Assembly: GCA_963843845.1 (NCBI GenBank)
Contig: CAWJMB010000005.1
Location: forward strand, 32,001 to 96,000
Source of the DNA: an uncultured Gemmatimonadaceae bacterium
GTDB lineage: Bacteria; Gemmatimonadota; Gemmatimonadetes; Gemmatimonadales; Gemmatimonadaceae
Direction of reading: 5' to 3'
DNA: 64,000 nucleotides
This document shows, one piece after another, positions 31,479 to 42,917 of this stretch; positions within the stretch are counted from its first letter, which is position 1; every line of letters starts with the position of its first letter. The position numbers and the translations under genes are program-made. Below the pieces are notes generated by a model. That model made no database searches. It was given only the letters and a program-made list of their open reading frames with translations, and was not told the DNA's origin.

Positions 31479-33062
31479 CGAAGGCCAAGCGGCGGGGATC
31501 GGGAAGCAGGGATCGGGGATCGGACGACGTTCGTCTCGGCCGGCATCGACTGGGACCTCGACGCGGCCGAGGCGGAGCGCGGCATACGGACCGAGCCGAC
31601 GGCGCCGAGCCTCGAAGGCGCCCGACCCCTGGTCCCCGATCCCCGATCCCCGGTTCGCATCGCCGGCCGCATCGACGCGCTGCGCGACGAGGAGCGGCGG
31701 CATCTGTGCGACCGCTCCACCTCCGCCGACGTCGGGATGCGCACGCGCACCGCGGCGATCCTCGACCGGGTGCGGCGCGACGGCGACGCGGCGCTCGTCG
31801 CGATGGCGCGCGAGTTCGACCGCGTCGAGCTGGCGGCGCTCGAGGTGCCGCGCGAGGAATGGCGCGCCGCGCTCGAAGGGCTCGACGCAGGGCTGCGGCG
31901 CGCCATGGAACGCGCGATCAGGAACGTGACGACCGTGCACACGGCCTTCCGTCCGAAGGCGACCGAGGTCGAGCCGGAGCGCGGCATCGTCGTCGGGCGG
32001 CGGCCGGACCCGCTGCGGCGCGTCGGCGTGTACGCGCCAGGCGGGCGGGCGGCGTATCCGAGCAGCGTGTTCATGGGCGTCGTGCCGGCGCGCGTCGCGG
32101 GGGTCGAGCAGATCGTGGTCTGCTCTCCGCCGGGGGAGGACGGCCTCCCGGCGGACGTCGTGCTCGCCGCCGCGGCGCTCGCCGACGTCGACCGCGTCTT
32201 CGCGCTGGGCGGGGCCGGCGCCGTCGGAGCGATGGCCTACGGCACGGCGACCGTGCCGCGCGTCGACCGCATCGTCGGCCCCGGCAACGCCTACGTCGCC
32301 GAGGCGAAGCTGCAGGTCGCCGGCGTCTGCGCGATCGACGCGCCCGCCGGGCCGAGCGAGCTGCTCGTCGTCGCCGACCATGCCGCCGATCCCGCCGCCG
32401 TCGCGCGCGAGATGATCGCGCAGGCCGAGCACGACCCGATGGCCGCCGTGGTGTGTGTCGCCGTCGGCGACGAGACCGCGGAGCAGGTGCTCGCCGCGCT
32501 CGCCGAGCAGCTGCCGAACGCGGAGCGCGGAGAGATCGTGCGGCAGTCGCTCGCCGCGAACGGCGCCGTGCTCGTCGCGCAGACCTACGACGAGGCGGCC
32601 GCGTTCACGACCGAGTACGCCGCGGAGCACGTGCAGCTCGCGATCGGCGAGCCGGAGATGCGCATGGTGCTCGCCCGGATCCGCAGCGCCGGCACGATCT
32701 TCCTCGGCGAGACGACGTCGGTCGCATATGGAGACTACATGACGGGAGCCAACCACGTGCTGCCGACGGGCGGGCTCGCGCGCTCGTACTCGGGGCTGTC
32801 GACGCTCGACTTCGTGCGCTGGACGACCTACCAGCGCGTGACGCCGCAGGCCGCCGACCGGCTCGCGTACGACGTCGGGCGCTTCGCCGACGCCGAGGGG
32901 CTGCCGGGGCACGCGGCGGCGGCGCGCGCGTGGATGAAGCCGAAGCGATCGCGGATGAAGAACCACGCGCTGCACGCGGCGGCGAAACGGATCAGGACCG
33001 GCCGGGACTCGGAGCTCGGGACCCGGGCGTCCGACGCCTCACCCGAGGAGACGAACGCATGA
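31475..33062 (+). CDS. hisD: Histidinol dehydrogenase with repeat-derived terminal extensions (start uncertain, probable indel near the 5' end)
   Basis: GVYAPGG, IVGPGNAYV, PAGPSE, QAEHD, AEHVQL, GDYMTGANHVLPT, AEGLPGH. Confidence 0.93.
31494..31652. repeat. Inverted GGGGATC heptamer arrays in the hisD 5' region
   Basis: Left arm 31494-31523 and right arm 31623-31652. Confidence 0.8.
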
Positions 33063-33120
33063 CGACGCGGCCAGCGCCGACGGACGCGAGTCCGTCCCGA
33101 GTCCCGGGTCCCGAGTCCCG
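33003..33120. repeat. Inverted GGGACTC heptamer arrays spanning the hisD/hisC junction
   Basis: GGGACTC-GGAGCTC-GGGACCC...GAGTCCC-GGGTCCC-GAGTCCC. Confidence 0.75.
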
Positions 33121-34252
33121 GCCGTTGGGCACCCGCCCCGGCTACGACGCGATCCCGCTCTACACCCCGGGCGCTCCGGCGTGCGCCACGGACGTCAGCG
33201 ACACGCTGAACCTGTGGGGCACGCCGCCGGCCGCGCTGCGCGCGCTGCGCGACGCGCTCGACACGATCCCGATCTCGCACTACCCGTCGCTCTACAACGC
33301 GGACCTCAAGGCGCCGATCGCGGCCTACGCCGGCGTGCGCGCCGACGAAGTCGTCACCGGCACCGGCTCCGACAACGTGCTCGACTGCGCGATCCGTGCG
33401 TACGCGCTTCCCGGCGGCACGCTGGCGCACACCGCGCCGACGTTCGCCATGGTGCCGCTCTACGCGCGCTCGAACGGCCTCACTCCGGTCGCCGTGCCGC
33501 TCGTCGGCGACGACTACGCGGTCGACGCGGACGCGCTGCTCGCGACGAACGCCTGCGTCATCTACCTCTGCTCGCCGAACAACCCGAGCGGCACGCCGGC
33601 CGCGCGCGACGCCGTCCTCCGGGTGGTCGAGCGCGCGCCCGGCCTCGTCATCATCGACGAGGCGTACGCCGAGTTCCTGCTCGCCGACCCCGCGGCGAGC
33701 GGCGAGGTGTTCACGCCGAGCGCGCCGGGGTGGGAGCGCGTGATCTGTCTGCGCACGCTGAGCAAGGCGTTCGGGCTCGCGGGGCTGCGCATGGGCTACG
33801 GCGTCGCCGCCGCGCCGGTCGTGCGCGAGGTCGAGAAGGCGCGCGGCCCGTTCATGATCGGCCTCCACGCCGAGCGCGCCGCGGTCGCCGCGTTAGGCGC
33901 CGGGCCGGACGCGCTCGGCTGGGTGCAGGCGCGTGCGGCCGACGCGGTCGCACAGCGCAACGCCCTGCTCGCGGCGACGCGCGCGATGGGGCTCGTGCCG
34001 GCGCCGTCGGTGTCGAACTTCGTGCTGCTCCCGGTCCCGAACGCGCTCGACGTGGCGACGCGGCTGCGCGCGCACGACGTCAGCGTGCGCGTGCTGCGGG
34101 GGATGCCGCAGGCGGTGCCGGCGCTCCGCGCGAGCGGCGGCGAGGGGTTCCGCGTCGGCGCGGCCCCCGAGCCGATCCAGCGCGCGTTCCTCGACGCGCT
34201 CGGCGCGGTGTTCGACACGCCATCCGACGCGTCGCCGGGCGCTCGCGCATGA
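33059..34252 (+). CDS. hisC: Histidinol-phosphate aminotransferase
   Basis: GTGSD, CSPNNPSG, IIDEAYAEF, RTLSKAFGLAGLRMGY; operon context. Confidence 0.92.
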   Translation: MTTRPAPTDASPSRVPGPESRPLGTRPGYDAIPLYTPGAPACATDVSDTLNLWGTPPAALRALRDALDTIPISHYPSLYNADLKAPIAAYAGVRADEVVTGTGSDNVLDCAIRAYALPGGTLAHTAPTFAMVPLYARSNGLTPVAVPLVGDDYAVDADALLATNACVIYLCSPNNPSGTPAARDAVLRVVERAPGLVIIDEAYAEFLLADPAASGEVFTPSAPGWERVICLRTLSKAFGLAGLRMGYGVAAAPVVREVEKARGPFMIGLHAERAAVAALGAGPDALGWVQARAADAVAQRNALLAATRAMGLVPAPSVSNFVLLPVPNALDVATRLRAHDVSVRVLRGMPQAVPALRASGGEGFRVGAAPEPIQRAFLDALGAVFDTPSDASPGARA

Positions 34253-34941
34253 GTCGGCCGCGCGTGACGCTCTTCGATTACGGCGCCGGGAACCTGCACT
34301 CGCTCGCGAAGGCGCTCGAGGCGGCCGGCGCGGACGTGCGCGTCGACGCGGACCCGACGCGCGCGGTGCGCGAGACCGACGCGCTCGTGCTCCCGGGCGT
34401 CGGTGCGTTCGCCGCGGCGGCCGAGCGCCTCGCGCCCGGCCGGGACGCGATGCGCGACGCGATGCGCGCCGGCCTCCCGACGTTAGGCATCTGCCTGGGG
34501 ATGCAGCTGCTGTTCGACGCGAGCGACGAAGGACCCGGCGACGGCCTCGGCGCGATCCCCGGCCGCGTGACGCGACTCGAGGCGCGGCGCGTACCGCAGA
34601 TCGGGTGGAACGCGATCGACGACGCGCGCGACCCGCTCTACGACGCCTCGGCGCTGACGACGGCGTACTACGCGAACAGCTACGTCTGCCGCCCGGGCGG
34701 CGACGTGCCGGACGACGTCGTGACCGCGTGGAGTGAGCACGACGGCGACCGCTTTCCGGCCTCGGTGCGGCGGGGCGCGACGGTCGGCGTGCAGTTCCAT
34801 CCCGAGAAGAGCAGCGCGGCCGGGCTGGCGTTCGTGCGCGCGTTCGTGGTGAGCCTCCGCGGAGCGGAGAGCGGGGAGCGGGACGTGAACGACCGCTCCC
34901 CGCTCCACGCTCCCCCGTCCCCGACCGGTCACGACTCATGA
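34249..34941 (+). CDS. hisH: Imidazole glycerol phosphate synthase, glutaminase subunit
   Basis: DYGAGNLHS, LPGVGAF, GICLGMQ, QFHPEKS. Confidence 0.95.
   Translation: MSRPRVTLFDYGAGNLHSLAKALEAAGADVRVDADPTRAVRETDALVLPGVGAFAAAAERLAPGRDAMRDAMRAGLPTLGICLGMQLLFDASDEGPGDGLGAIPGRVTRLEARRVPQIGWNAIDDARDPLYDASALTTAYYANSYVCRPGGDVPDDVVTAWSEHDGDRFPASVRRGATVGVQFHPEKSSAAGLAFVRAFVVSLRGAESGERDVNDRSPLHAPPSPTGHDS
34861..34913. repeat. Inverted GGAGCGG heptamer arrays in the hisH 3' end
   Basis: GGAGCGG-AGAGCGG-GGAGCGG...CCGCTCC-CCGCTCC-ACGCTCC. Confidence 0.75.
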
Positions 34942-35652
34942 TCGTCATTCCCGCAGTGGACCTGCGCGACGGCGCGTGCGTGCAGCTCGTCGGCGGCGAG
35001 TACGACGCCGAGCGCGTGCGGCTCGACGATCCGTTGGGCGTCGCGCGCGAGTGGGGGCGCGTCGGCTTCCGGCGGCTGCACGTCGTCGACCTCGACGCGG
35101 CGACGGAGCGCGGCTCGAACGCCGGCGTCGTCGACGAGATCCTGCGCCACGGCGGGATCGACACCGTGCAGGTCGGCGGCGGCGTGCGCGACGACGACGC
35201 GGTCGAGCGGCTGCTCGGCGCCGGCGCGAGCCACGTCGTCGTCGGCACGCGCGCCCTCGAGGACCCCGAGTGGCTGGCCGAGCTGGCGGCGCACTACCCG
35301 GGCGACATCATCGTCGCCGCCGACGTGCGCGAGCGGCGGGTCGTGACGCGCGGCTGGACGCGGACGCTTCCACGGAACGTCATCGACCTCGTCGAGGAGC
35401 TGGCGCCGCTGCCGCTCGGCGGGCTGCTCGTGACCGCCGTGCACCGCGAGGGGCAGATGCAGGGCACCGACCTGCCGCTGATGGAAGACGTCGTCGAGGC
35501 GGCGACGGTTGCCCGTGTTCGCGTCGGGCGGCGTCGGCTCGGTCGCCGACCTGCGCGCGCTCGACGACCGCGGCGTCGCCGGCGTCGTCATCGGCATGGC
35601 GCTCTACACCGGCGCGATCGACCCGCGCGCCGTCATCGACGAGTTCTCGTGA
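34938..35652 (+). CDS. hisA: ProFAR isomerase (frameshift near 35510)
   Basis: [42 protein letters not shown] in the shifted frame. Confidence 0.93.
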
Positions 35653-35697
35653 ACCCCGACCGTCGTCCCGAGCGGCGCGACAGCTGACTTCCACGAC

Positions 35698-36225
35698 ATG
35701 ACCACGATCGTCCGCGAGACGAAGGAGACGCAGATCCGCGTCGAGCTGACGCGCGGCACCGGCGCCGCGCGGATCGACACGAGCGTGCCCTTCCTCGACC
35801 ACATGCTCGTCACGCTCGCGCGCTACGCCGGCGTCGACCTCGCCGTGCACGCGCGCGGCGACCTGCGCCACCACCTCATCGAGGACGTGGCGATCGCGCT
35901 CGGCGCGGCGCTCGCCGACTTCGCGCCGCCGACCGCGGCGCGCTACGGCGACCGCACGATCCCGATGGACGACGCGCTCGTGCACGTCGTCGATCGACAT
36001 CGGCGGCCGCCCGTACTACCGCAGGGCCGCTGCCGAGCCGGCTGTACGACCACTGGATGCGCTCGTTCGCCGACAACGCGCGCGCGACGCTGCACGTGCG
36101 CGTGCTCCGCGGCACCGACCGGCACCACATCGTCGAGGCGGCGTTCAAGGCGCTGGGCCTCGCGCTGCGCGACGCGCTCGCGGAGCGCGGCGCGGTGTTC
36201 AGCGACGAAGGGTCCGTCGCGCTGA
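35698..36225 (+). CDS. hisB: Imidazoleglycerol-phosphate dehydratase, monofunctional (several indels)
   Basis: [36 protein letters not shown], terminal TKG. Confidence 0.92.
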   Translation: MTTIVRETKETQIRVELTRGTGAARIDTSVPFLDHMLVTLARYAGVDLAVHARGDLRHHLIEDVAIALGAALADFAPPTAARYGDRTIPMDDALVHVVDRHRRPPVLPQGRCRAGCTTTGCARSPTTRARRCTCACSAAPTGTTSSRRRSRRWASRCATRSRSAARCSATKGPSR

Positions 36226-36230
36226 CCACC

Positions 36231-36286
36231 GGGGATCGGGAATCTGGGATCGGGGCGTCGACGACCGATCCCCGATCCCGATCTCC
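36231..36286. repeat. Inverted GGGGATC heptamer arrays between hisB and hisF
   Basis: GGGGATC-GGGAATC-TGGGATC...CCGATCC-CCGATCC. Confidence 0.8.
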
Positions 36287-36297
36287 GGCCGCTAGCC

Positions 36298-37087
36298 ATG
36301 CTCACCCGCCGGCTCATCGTCTGCCTCGACGTCCGAGGCGGCCGCGTCGTGAAGGGCACGCAGTTCGTCGACCTGCGCGACGTCGGCGACCCGGTGGCGC
36401 TCGCCGAGCGCTACGAAGCCGAGGGCGCCGACGAGATCACCTTCCTCGACATCTCGGCGAGCGCCGAGGAGCGCGCGACGCTGCTCGACGTGGCGCGGCG
36501 CACGGCGGAGCGGCTGTTCATCCCGCTCACGATCGGCGGCGGCGTGCGCTCGGCGGACGACGTCGGGCGCGCGCTGCGCGCGGGCGCCGACAAGGTGCAG
36601 CATCAACTCCGCGGCGGTGGCGCGGCCGGAGGTGCTCACGGAGAGCGCGGAGCGCTTCGGCGCGCAGTGCGTGGTCGCGAGCATCGACGCGAAGCGCGGA
36701 CGCCGACGCGGCGATGTGGCGCGTGTATGTGCGAGGGCGGCGCGAGGCGCCGACCGATCTCGACGCGGTCGCATGGGCGCGCGAGTGCGTCGCGCGCGGC
36801 GCCGGCGAGATCCTGCTCACGAGCATCGACCGCGACGGCGCGCGCACCGGGTACGACCTCGCGCTGACGCGCGCCGTGGCCGACGCGGTGAACGTCCCGG
36901 TCATCGCCTCCGGCGGCGCGGGCGAACGCGGCGCACGTCCGCGACGCGCTCGTCGACGGGCAGCGCCGACGCGGCGCTGGTCGCGGGCATCCTGCACGAC
37001 GGCGTCACGACGGTGCGCGCGATCAAGCACGCGATGCGGGCGGCCGGCATCCCGAGCGCGGAGCGACCGACGGACGCGCATGTCTGA
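36298..37087 (+). CDS. hisF: Imidazole glycerol phosphate synthase, cyclase subunit (several indels)
   Basis: [45 protein letters not shown]. Confidence 0.93.
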
Positions 37088-37874
37088 GCACCTGCTGACG
37101 GCCGTCGCCGACGTCGCGCGCGTCGCCGGCGACGTCGCGCTGCGCCACTATCGCGACGACGCTCCACGTGGAGACGAAGGGCGACGGCTCGCCGGTCACG
37201 ATCGCCGACCGCGCGGCGGAGCAGGCGGCGCGCGAGTGGATCAGGCACGCGCTTCCCGGCCGACGGGATCCTCGGCGAGGAGTCGGCGTCGCGTCGGGCA
37301 CCGTGCGCGGCGCCGCTGGATCATCGACCCGATCGACGGCACGAAGACGTTCGTGCGCGGCGTGCCGCTCTGGGGAACGCTCGTCGCGTGGCCGAAGGGG
37401 ATCCGTCGGCGCGTCCGGGCAGAGTGCTCGCCGGCGCGGCGTACTTCCCGGCGGTGAGCGAGCTGATCGCCGCGGCGCCCGGCGAGGGGTGCTGGTGGAA
37501 CGGCGCCGCGCTGCCGCGTGTCGGAGACGAGCGCGTTGGCGCAGCGCGACCGTGCTCACGACCGACGAGCGCTTCACGCACCGGCCCGACGGCGCGACGC
37601 GTGGCGTCGCGCTCGCCGGCGCGGCGGGCGTGGCCCGCACGTGGGGCGACTGCTACGGCTACCTGCTCGTCGCCACCGGCCGCGCGGAGGTGATGGTCGA
37701 CGGCGTCGTCGGGCGATTGGGACGCGGCGGCGCTTCCTGCCGATCATCGAGGAGGCGGGCGGCGTCTTCACGACTGGGAGGGCAGAGCGCACCGCGTTCG
37801 GCGGGAGCGCCGTCGCGACCAACGCTTCCCTCGCCGAGGCCGTTCGGCACACGCTCCGGAACACGATCCGGTAG
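37080..37874 (+). CDS. hisN: Histidinol-phosphate phosphatase, inositol monophosphatase family (several indels)
   Basis: [47 protein letters not shown]; operon context. Confidence 0.85.
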
Positions 37875-37980
37875 CAGTGCGACCGGGCCCGCGCGACACG
37901 TGATCCTGGCACGCGCGCAGACCACGACGCGCGCGACGGCGCGTGTCGGGCGCACCGTTCCTCTCGCTTAGATTCGATCC

Positions 37981-38622
37981 ATGCTGCGACTCGACAGCCT
38001 GGACTTCGACAAGGGCGACGGCCTCGTGACGGTCGTCGCGCAGGACGCCCGCACGGGCGCCGTGCTCATGGTCGCGCACGCCGACCGCGAGGCGCTCGAG
38101 CGCACGCTCGCGACCGGCGAGATGCACTATCGCTCGCGCACGCGCGGGCTGTGGCACAAGGGCGCGACGAGCGGCAACGTGCAGCGCGTCGTCTCGCTCG
38201 CTGCAGACTGCGACGGCGACGCGGTGCTCGCGCGCGTCGAGCCGGCGGGGCCGGCGTGCCACACGGGCGCGGTCTCGTGCTTCGGCGACGTCGCACTCGC
38301 CGCGGATGCACTCGGCATGCTCGACGCGACCATCGCCGCTCGCGATGCCGTGCCGGGGGGCGCCGTCGTCGGCGTGCCGACCGGTTCCGCCGAGAACGCC
38401 CCGCCGAGCTACACGCAGCGACTGCTCGCCGACCGCAACCTGCGGCTCAAGAAGCTCGGCGAGGAGGCGGCGGAGCTCGCCGTGGCGTGCGCGGACGACG
38501 ATGCGCCGCGCGCGGCGGAGGAGGCCGCCGACCTCCTCTACCACGCGCTCGTCGCACTGCGTCCGCTCGGCGTCACGCTCGACGACGTGCGGCGCGTGCT
38601 AGCGGCTCGCCGACGCGCCTGA
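37981..38622 (+). CDS. hisIE: Bifunctional phosphoribosyl-AMP cyclohydrolase / phosphoribosyl-ATP pyrophosphatase
   Basis: [42 protein letters not shown]. Confidence 0.95.
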   Translation: MLRLDSLDFDKGDGLVTVVAQDARTGAVLMVAHADREALERTLATGEMHYRSRTRGLWHKGATSGNVQRVVSLAADCDGDAVLARVEPAGPACHTGAVSCFGDVALAADALGMLDATIAARDAVPGGAVVGVPTGSAENAPPSYTQRLLADRNLRLKKLGEEAAELAVACADDDAPRAAEEAADLLYHALVALRPLGVTLDDVRRVLAARRRA

Positions 38623-38925
38623 CCCGCTCGACGCCGCGCCGACACGCCGCCCCGCGCCGCCCGCCCGCTTCTTCAGGCTCTCCGCGACGGCTTCGTCGTA
38701 GAGCCGCTTCGCCTCGACCATGATCGTCGAGTCGATCTGGCTCGCGCGGCGCGCCTTCTCGGCGCGGTAGAGCGCCTGCGGGCTGTCATGGTGCGGCGCC
38801 GGCGGGACGATGATCTCGCGCGGGCCGCGCGGGCGGCGGCGCATGGAGCCTGCCCGCGGGAGGGCGCGGCGGGGTCGTTCCGGAGTGACGACGGTGGCGG
38901 CGGTGCTGTATGGCGAAGAGCGCAT
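38599..38925 (-). CDS. Small basic hypothetical protein
   Basis: GGAGG RBS upstream of ATG at 38925; no recognisable family. Confidence 0.45.
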   Translation of the reverse strand: MRSSPYSTAATVVTPERPRRALPRAGSMRRRPRGPREIIVPPAPHHDSPQALYRAEKARRASQIDSTIMVEAKRLYDEAVAESLKKRAGGAGRRVGAASSGSGASASR

Positions 38926-39070
38926 CCTGGCCTCCAATTGGGTTCTGGGAGGCTCTCTCAATGCACGTCGTGTGCGCGCGTCACGGAATCCGTCCTGCTT
39001 TTTCCTCAGCCCGGCGAGGGGCACCGACTGCGGGACGTACCGCCGTTCACCTCTCAGTCGCGCAGCCGCT

Positions 39071-40441
39071 TCAGAAACCCGCGATGACCGCTCGGTCGAG
39101 CTTCGCTGGATCTCCGACATACGCGAAGCGCACGTTGCGCATGTACTGCCGCGCGACGCGCCGGACGTCGTCCGGGGTGACGCGACGGAGCGCGTCGGCG
39201 AACTGCGTCGCGCGGCGCCAGTCGCCCTGATAGAGCTGCGCGCGCGCGAGCTGGTTCGCCTGGTCGGCGTTCGTCTCGTTCTTCAGGAAGTACTCGGTGA
39301 CGAATTGCGCCTTGATCTGCTCGAGTCCGCGCGCCGGAATCCACCCGTTCTGCAGGTTCGCGACCTCCTGTCGCATGATGCGCAGCGTCGTGTTCGGGTC
39401 GACCGTCGTCACGTACAGCCCGCCCGCCGTCTGCGCGCGGTCGACGAACGAGGCCTCGACGGCGTACGTGAGGTTGCGCTTCGCGCGGATCTCGCTGAAC
39501 AGTCGGCCGGAGAGCACGGCGGTCGCGATGCGGAGGGCGTCGTAGTCGCGCCCCGTCGCCGGTGGGCCGGCGTAGTAGCCCTGGATGTAGTTCGTCGGCA
39601 GCGCGCGCGCCTCGACGGCGACGGCGGGGGTGAATGCGGCGGGGGCGGGCGGCGGCGTCCACTGATAGCTGCCGGCCGGCAGCCGCGCGATCGTGCCGCT
39701 CACGAGCCGCTCCACACGCGCCCGCGACACGTTGCCGACGATCACGAGCAGCATGCGCGACGTCACGATCTGCTCACGCTGAAAGCGCCGCAGCTCGCTC
39801 ACGCGCAGTCGCGCGATCGTCGTCTCGGTACCGGCCGGCTCGATGCCGTACGGGTGGCCGGCGTAGGCGACGCTGTCGGCCAGATACGCGAGCAGCGCGT
39901 CCGGGTTGTCGCGCCGCTGTCGCACGCCGCTCAACAGCTGCGTGCGCACGAGCTCGACCTCTCCGGAGTCGAGCGTCGGCCGCATGAGCCGATCGGCGAA
40001 GATCGCCCACGTCGAGTCGAACGTCGCGACCGTGCTCCGGAGCGCGAACGTCGTCCAGTCCTGATCCGCGCCGACGCCGATCTGCGTGCCCAGCTCCGCC
40101 ATGCGCCGCAACAGCACGTCGCGCGGGTACCCGGTCGTTCCGCGCTCCGACGCCTGCAACAGCAGCGGCTCGATCCCGGCCTGCTCGGCGCCGATCAGGC
40201 GGGTGCCGCCCAACAGATACAGGTTCGCCGCGACGACGTCGTTGGCGCTGACCTGGCGGAGAATGACGCGGACCCCTCGGACGTCGAAGCTCTGCGTGGC
40301 GGTATCGGGAGCGACGGCACCGCCGGGGACCGGGGATCGGGGATCGGAGATGCCGACGCCGACGGCCGATCCCCGGTCTCCGATCGCCGATCCCCGAATC
40401 GTCGCAACGCTCGCCAGCGCGAGGATGCCGAACGCCCGCAT
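39071..40441 (-). CDS. M16 (pitrilysin) family protein, non-catalytic subunit
   Basis: RLFSEIRAKRNLTYAV, YAGHPYG, no HxxEH; signal peptide. Confidence 0.88.
   Translation of the reverse strand: MRAFGILALASVATIRGSAIGDRGSAVGVGISDPRSPVPGGAVAPDTATQSFDVRGVRVILRQVSANDVVAANLYLLGGTRLIGAEQAGIEPLLLQASERGTTGYPRDVLLRRMAELGTQIGVGADQDWTTFALRSTVATFDSTWAIFADRLMRPTLDSGEVELVRTQLLSGVRQRRDNPDALLAYLADSVAYAGHPYGIEPAGTETTIARLRVSELRRFQREQIVTSRMLLVIVGNVSRARVERLVSGTIARLPAGSYQWTPPPAPAAFTPAVAVEARALPTNYIQGYYAGPPATGRDYDALRIATAVLSGRLFSEIRAKRNLTYAVEASFVDRAQTAGGLYVTTVDPNTTLRIMRQEVANLQNGWIPARGLEQIKAQFVTEYFLKNETNADQANQLARAQLYQGDWRRATQFADALRRVTPDDVRRVARQYMRNVRFAYVGDPAKLDRAVIAGF
40325..40396. repeat. Inverted GGGGATC heptamer arrays inside the M16 coding sequence
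   Basis: Translated as GSAIGDRGS..ISDPRSPVP just after the signal peptide. Confidence 0.8.
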
Positions 40442-41847
40442 CACGGCCGGGTCCTCATGATCGACGGCGGCGCCCCGACGAGGTCGCGCTCCGTCAGGTT
40501 CAGCCGACGACGATCCTCGGCCGAGAGCAGCACGCCCGCGATATGCGGCTTGCCGATGATGTAGCGCTGCGCGTAGCGACGCAGCTCGTCGGTCGTCTGC
40601 TTCGCCATCGTGTCCACGTAGCCGAGGAAGTAGTCGAGGTCGGAGACCGCCCACCAGAAGCCGACCGTGTGTGTGAGGCCGCTCGTGCGCTCGGCGCCGA
40701 ACGCGCTCTCGACGGCGCGCTGCGCCTTCACCTGCTGCAGCTCGGCGGCCGAGAAGTAGCCGGGGTCGTCGGTCCGCTCGATCTCGTCGTAGAGCGCGGC
40801 GATCGCCTGGCGCAGCTTGTCGGGCGACGTCTGGCCGCTCACCGTGATCGGGCCGTTCTGATCCAGCGTGTAGTAGTTGAACACGATGCCCTGCCACAGG
40901 CCGCTGTCGACGAGGCGGCGCTGAAAACGCGAGTTCGGCGAGTTGAGCGCGTCGCTGAACACGTCGGCCGCGTACGTGCTCGCCGCGTCGCGCCGCACGC
41001 TCGGCCCCTGCCACTGCACGAGGAACGTCACGGCGCTCACCGGGGCTTCGCTGATCACCGCTTCGCTCCGCGCGACGGGAGGAATCGGCGGGACCGGGTT
41101 CGCGACGAAGGGATCGGCGCCCCGCCGCCAGTCGCCGTAGAATGCGGTCGCCCACGCGAACACCGAGTCCGGGTTCACGTCGCCGGTCACGACGAGCGCC
41201 GAATTGTTCGGCACGTAGTAGCGCCGCTGGATCTCGCGCATCTTGAGCGGCGTCACCGATTTCAGCACGTCGCGGTCGCCGATGACGTTCTTCCGGCTGA
41301 ACTGGCCGGGGTAGAGCTTCGCGGTCATCTGCTGTTGCAGCGTGAAGCCCGGCTCCGCCTCGTTGCGGTCGTACTCGCCCAACACGACCTCCTTCTCGGT
41401 CGCCAGCTCGTCCTCGCGGAACAGCGGGTCGCGCAGGGCCGAGGCGAGAAAGCGCATGCCGGCGCGCGCGCTGTCGGCGGGGAGCGTGAGGTAGTAGTTC
41501 ACGACCTCCTCGCCCGTCGACCCGTTGAACACGGCGCCCAGCTCGGTCGCGCGCTCGGTGAACTGCTCGGGAAGCGGGTACTCCTTGTTCGCCTTGAAGA
41601 ACATGTGCTCGTACATGTGCGCGAGGCCGGCGTACTCCGGGCTCTGCGTGTACGAGCCGTTCTTCACGTCGATCTCGACGGTCGCGATCGGCACGCCGTG
41701 GTTCTCGACGACGATGACTTCGAGCCCGTTGGCGAGCACCGTGCGACGGATGACTCGCTCGAGCTCGGCCCGCGACTGCGCGGCGAGCGGCAGGGCCGTC
41801 GTGGCGGCGACGAGTACGAGGACGAACGCAGCGACGTGCCTTCTCAT
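40441..41847 (-). CDS. M16 (pitrilysin) family peptidase, catalytic subunit
   Basis: LANGLEV, GLAHMYEHMFFK (HxxEH), YYVPNNSALVVTGD; signal peptide. Confidence 0.92.
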   Translation of the reverse strand: MRRHVAAFVLVLVAATTALPLAAQSRAELERVIRRTVLANGLEVIVVENHGVPIATVEIDVKNGSYTQSPEYAGLAHMYEHMFFKANKEYPLPEQFTERATELGAVFNGSTGEEVVNYYLTLPADSARAGMRFLASALRDPLFREDELATEKEVVLGEYDRNEAEPGFTLQQQMTAKLYPGQFSRKNVIGDRDVLKSVTPLKMREIQRRYYVPNNSALVVTGDVNPDSVFAWATAFYGDWRRGADPFVANPVPPIPPVARSEAVISEAPVSAVTFLVQWQGPSVRRDAASTYAADVFSDALNSPNSRFQRRLVDSGLWQGIVFNYYTLDQNGPITVSGQTSPDKLRQAIAALYDEIERTDDPGYFSAAELQQVKAQRAVESAFGAERTSGLTHTVGFWWAVSDLDYFLGYVDTMAKQTTDELRRYAQRYIIGKPHIAGVLLSAEDRRRLNLTERDLVGAPPSIMRTRP

Positions 41848-41874
41848 GGACGCTCTTTCAGTAATTTGACCGGC

Positions 41875-42839
41875 ATGACGGAGAAGCTATCCAACGCCGC
41901 GATCGACGCGCTCATCGACCGACTCGGCCCCGCGCTCGGCGGGCGCGTTCGGCGCGACGAGCCGCTCGGGCAATACACCACCTTCAGAATCGGGGGTCCG
42001 GCGGACGCGTTCATCGAGGCGACGACGGCCGACGAGCTCGCCGACGCGCTGCTCGCCGCGCGCTCCTTGCACCTCCCGTACTTCGTGCTCGGGCTCGGCG
42101 CGAACATCCTCGTCGGCGACGGCGGCTACCGGGGGCTGGTCATTCGCAACGGGGCGCGCCACTTCACGTTCTCCGACGACGGGCGGCTCCGGGCGGAGAG
42201 CGGCGCGGTCATGCAGGAGCTCATCCTCGAGGCGGTCGAGCGCGGGTGGAGCGGGATCGAGCACTACATCGGCATCCCGAGCACCGTCGGCGGCGCGATC
42301 TGGCAGAACCTGCACTTCCTGTCGCCCGCGCCCGAGCGCGAGCGCACGATGTTCATCGCCGAGGTGTTCGAGTCGTGCGAGATCCTGAGCGAGGAGAACG
42401 AGCGGCGGACGGTCGACGCGCGAGTACGTGCAGTTCGGCTACGACGATACGGTCTTCCACCACCGCCGCGACGTCGTGCTCGCGGCCACGTTCCGGCTCG
42501 AGCGCGGCGACCCGGAGCGGCTCCATCGCATCCTGCACGAGAACCTGTCGTGGCGCGGTGCGCGGCACCCCTGGCTGCAGGTGCACCCGAGCGCGGGGTC
42601 GATCTTCAAGAAGATCGAGGGAGTCGGCGCCGGGCGGCTGATCGACCAGGCGGGGCTCAAGGGGCGCCGCCACGGCGGCGCGCAGATCTCGCCGCATGCA
42701 CGCGAACATCATCGTGAACACCGGGCGGGCGACGGCGAAGGACGTGCGGGAGCTGATCGCCATCGCGCAGGAGGCGGTGCGGGCGGGGACGGGGCTGTCG
42801 TTGGAGACGGAGATCGGGATGATCGGCGAGTTCGTGTGA
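41875..42839 (+). CDS. murB: UDP-N-acetylmuramate dehydrogenase (frameshifts near 42420 and 42695)
   Basis: YTTFRIGGPAD, LGLGANILVGDGG, GIPSTVGGA, PSAGSIFK, AGRLIDQAGLKG, HANIIVN, LETEI. Confidence 0.93.
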
Positions 42840-42917
42840 CGGGCGGCTGAACGCCGTGGGCGAGCCGCGGGTCAGCTGCGGGGCACAGGCGTGGTCCAGC
42901 GCGTTTCGACCGCCGTG

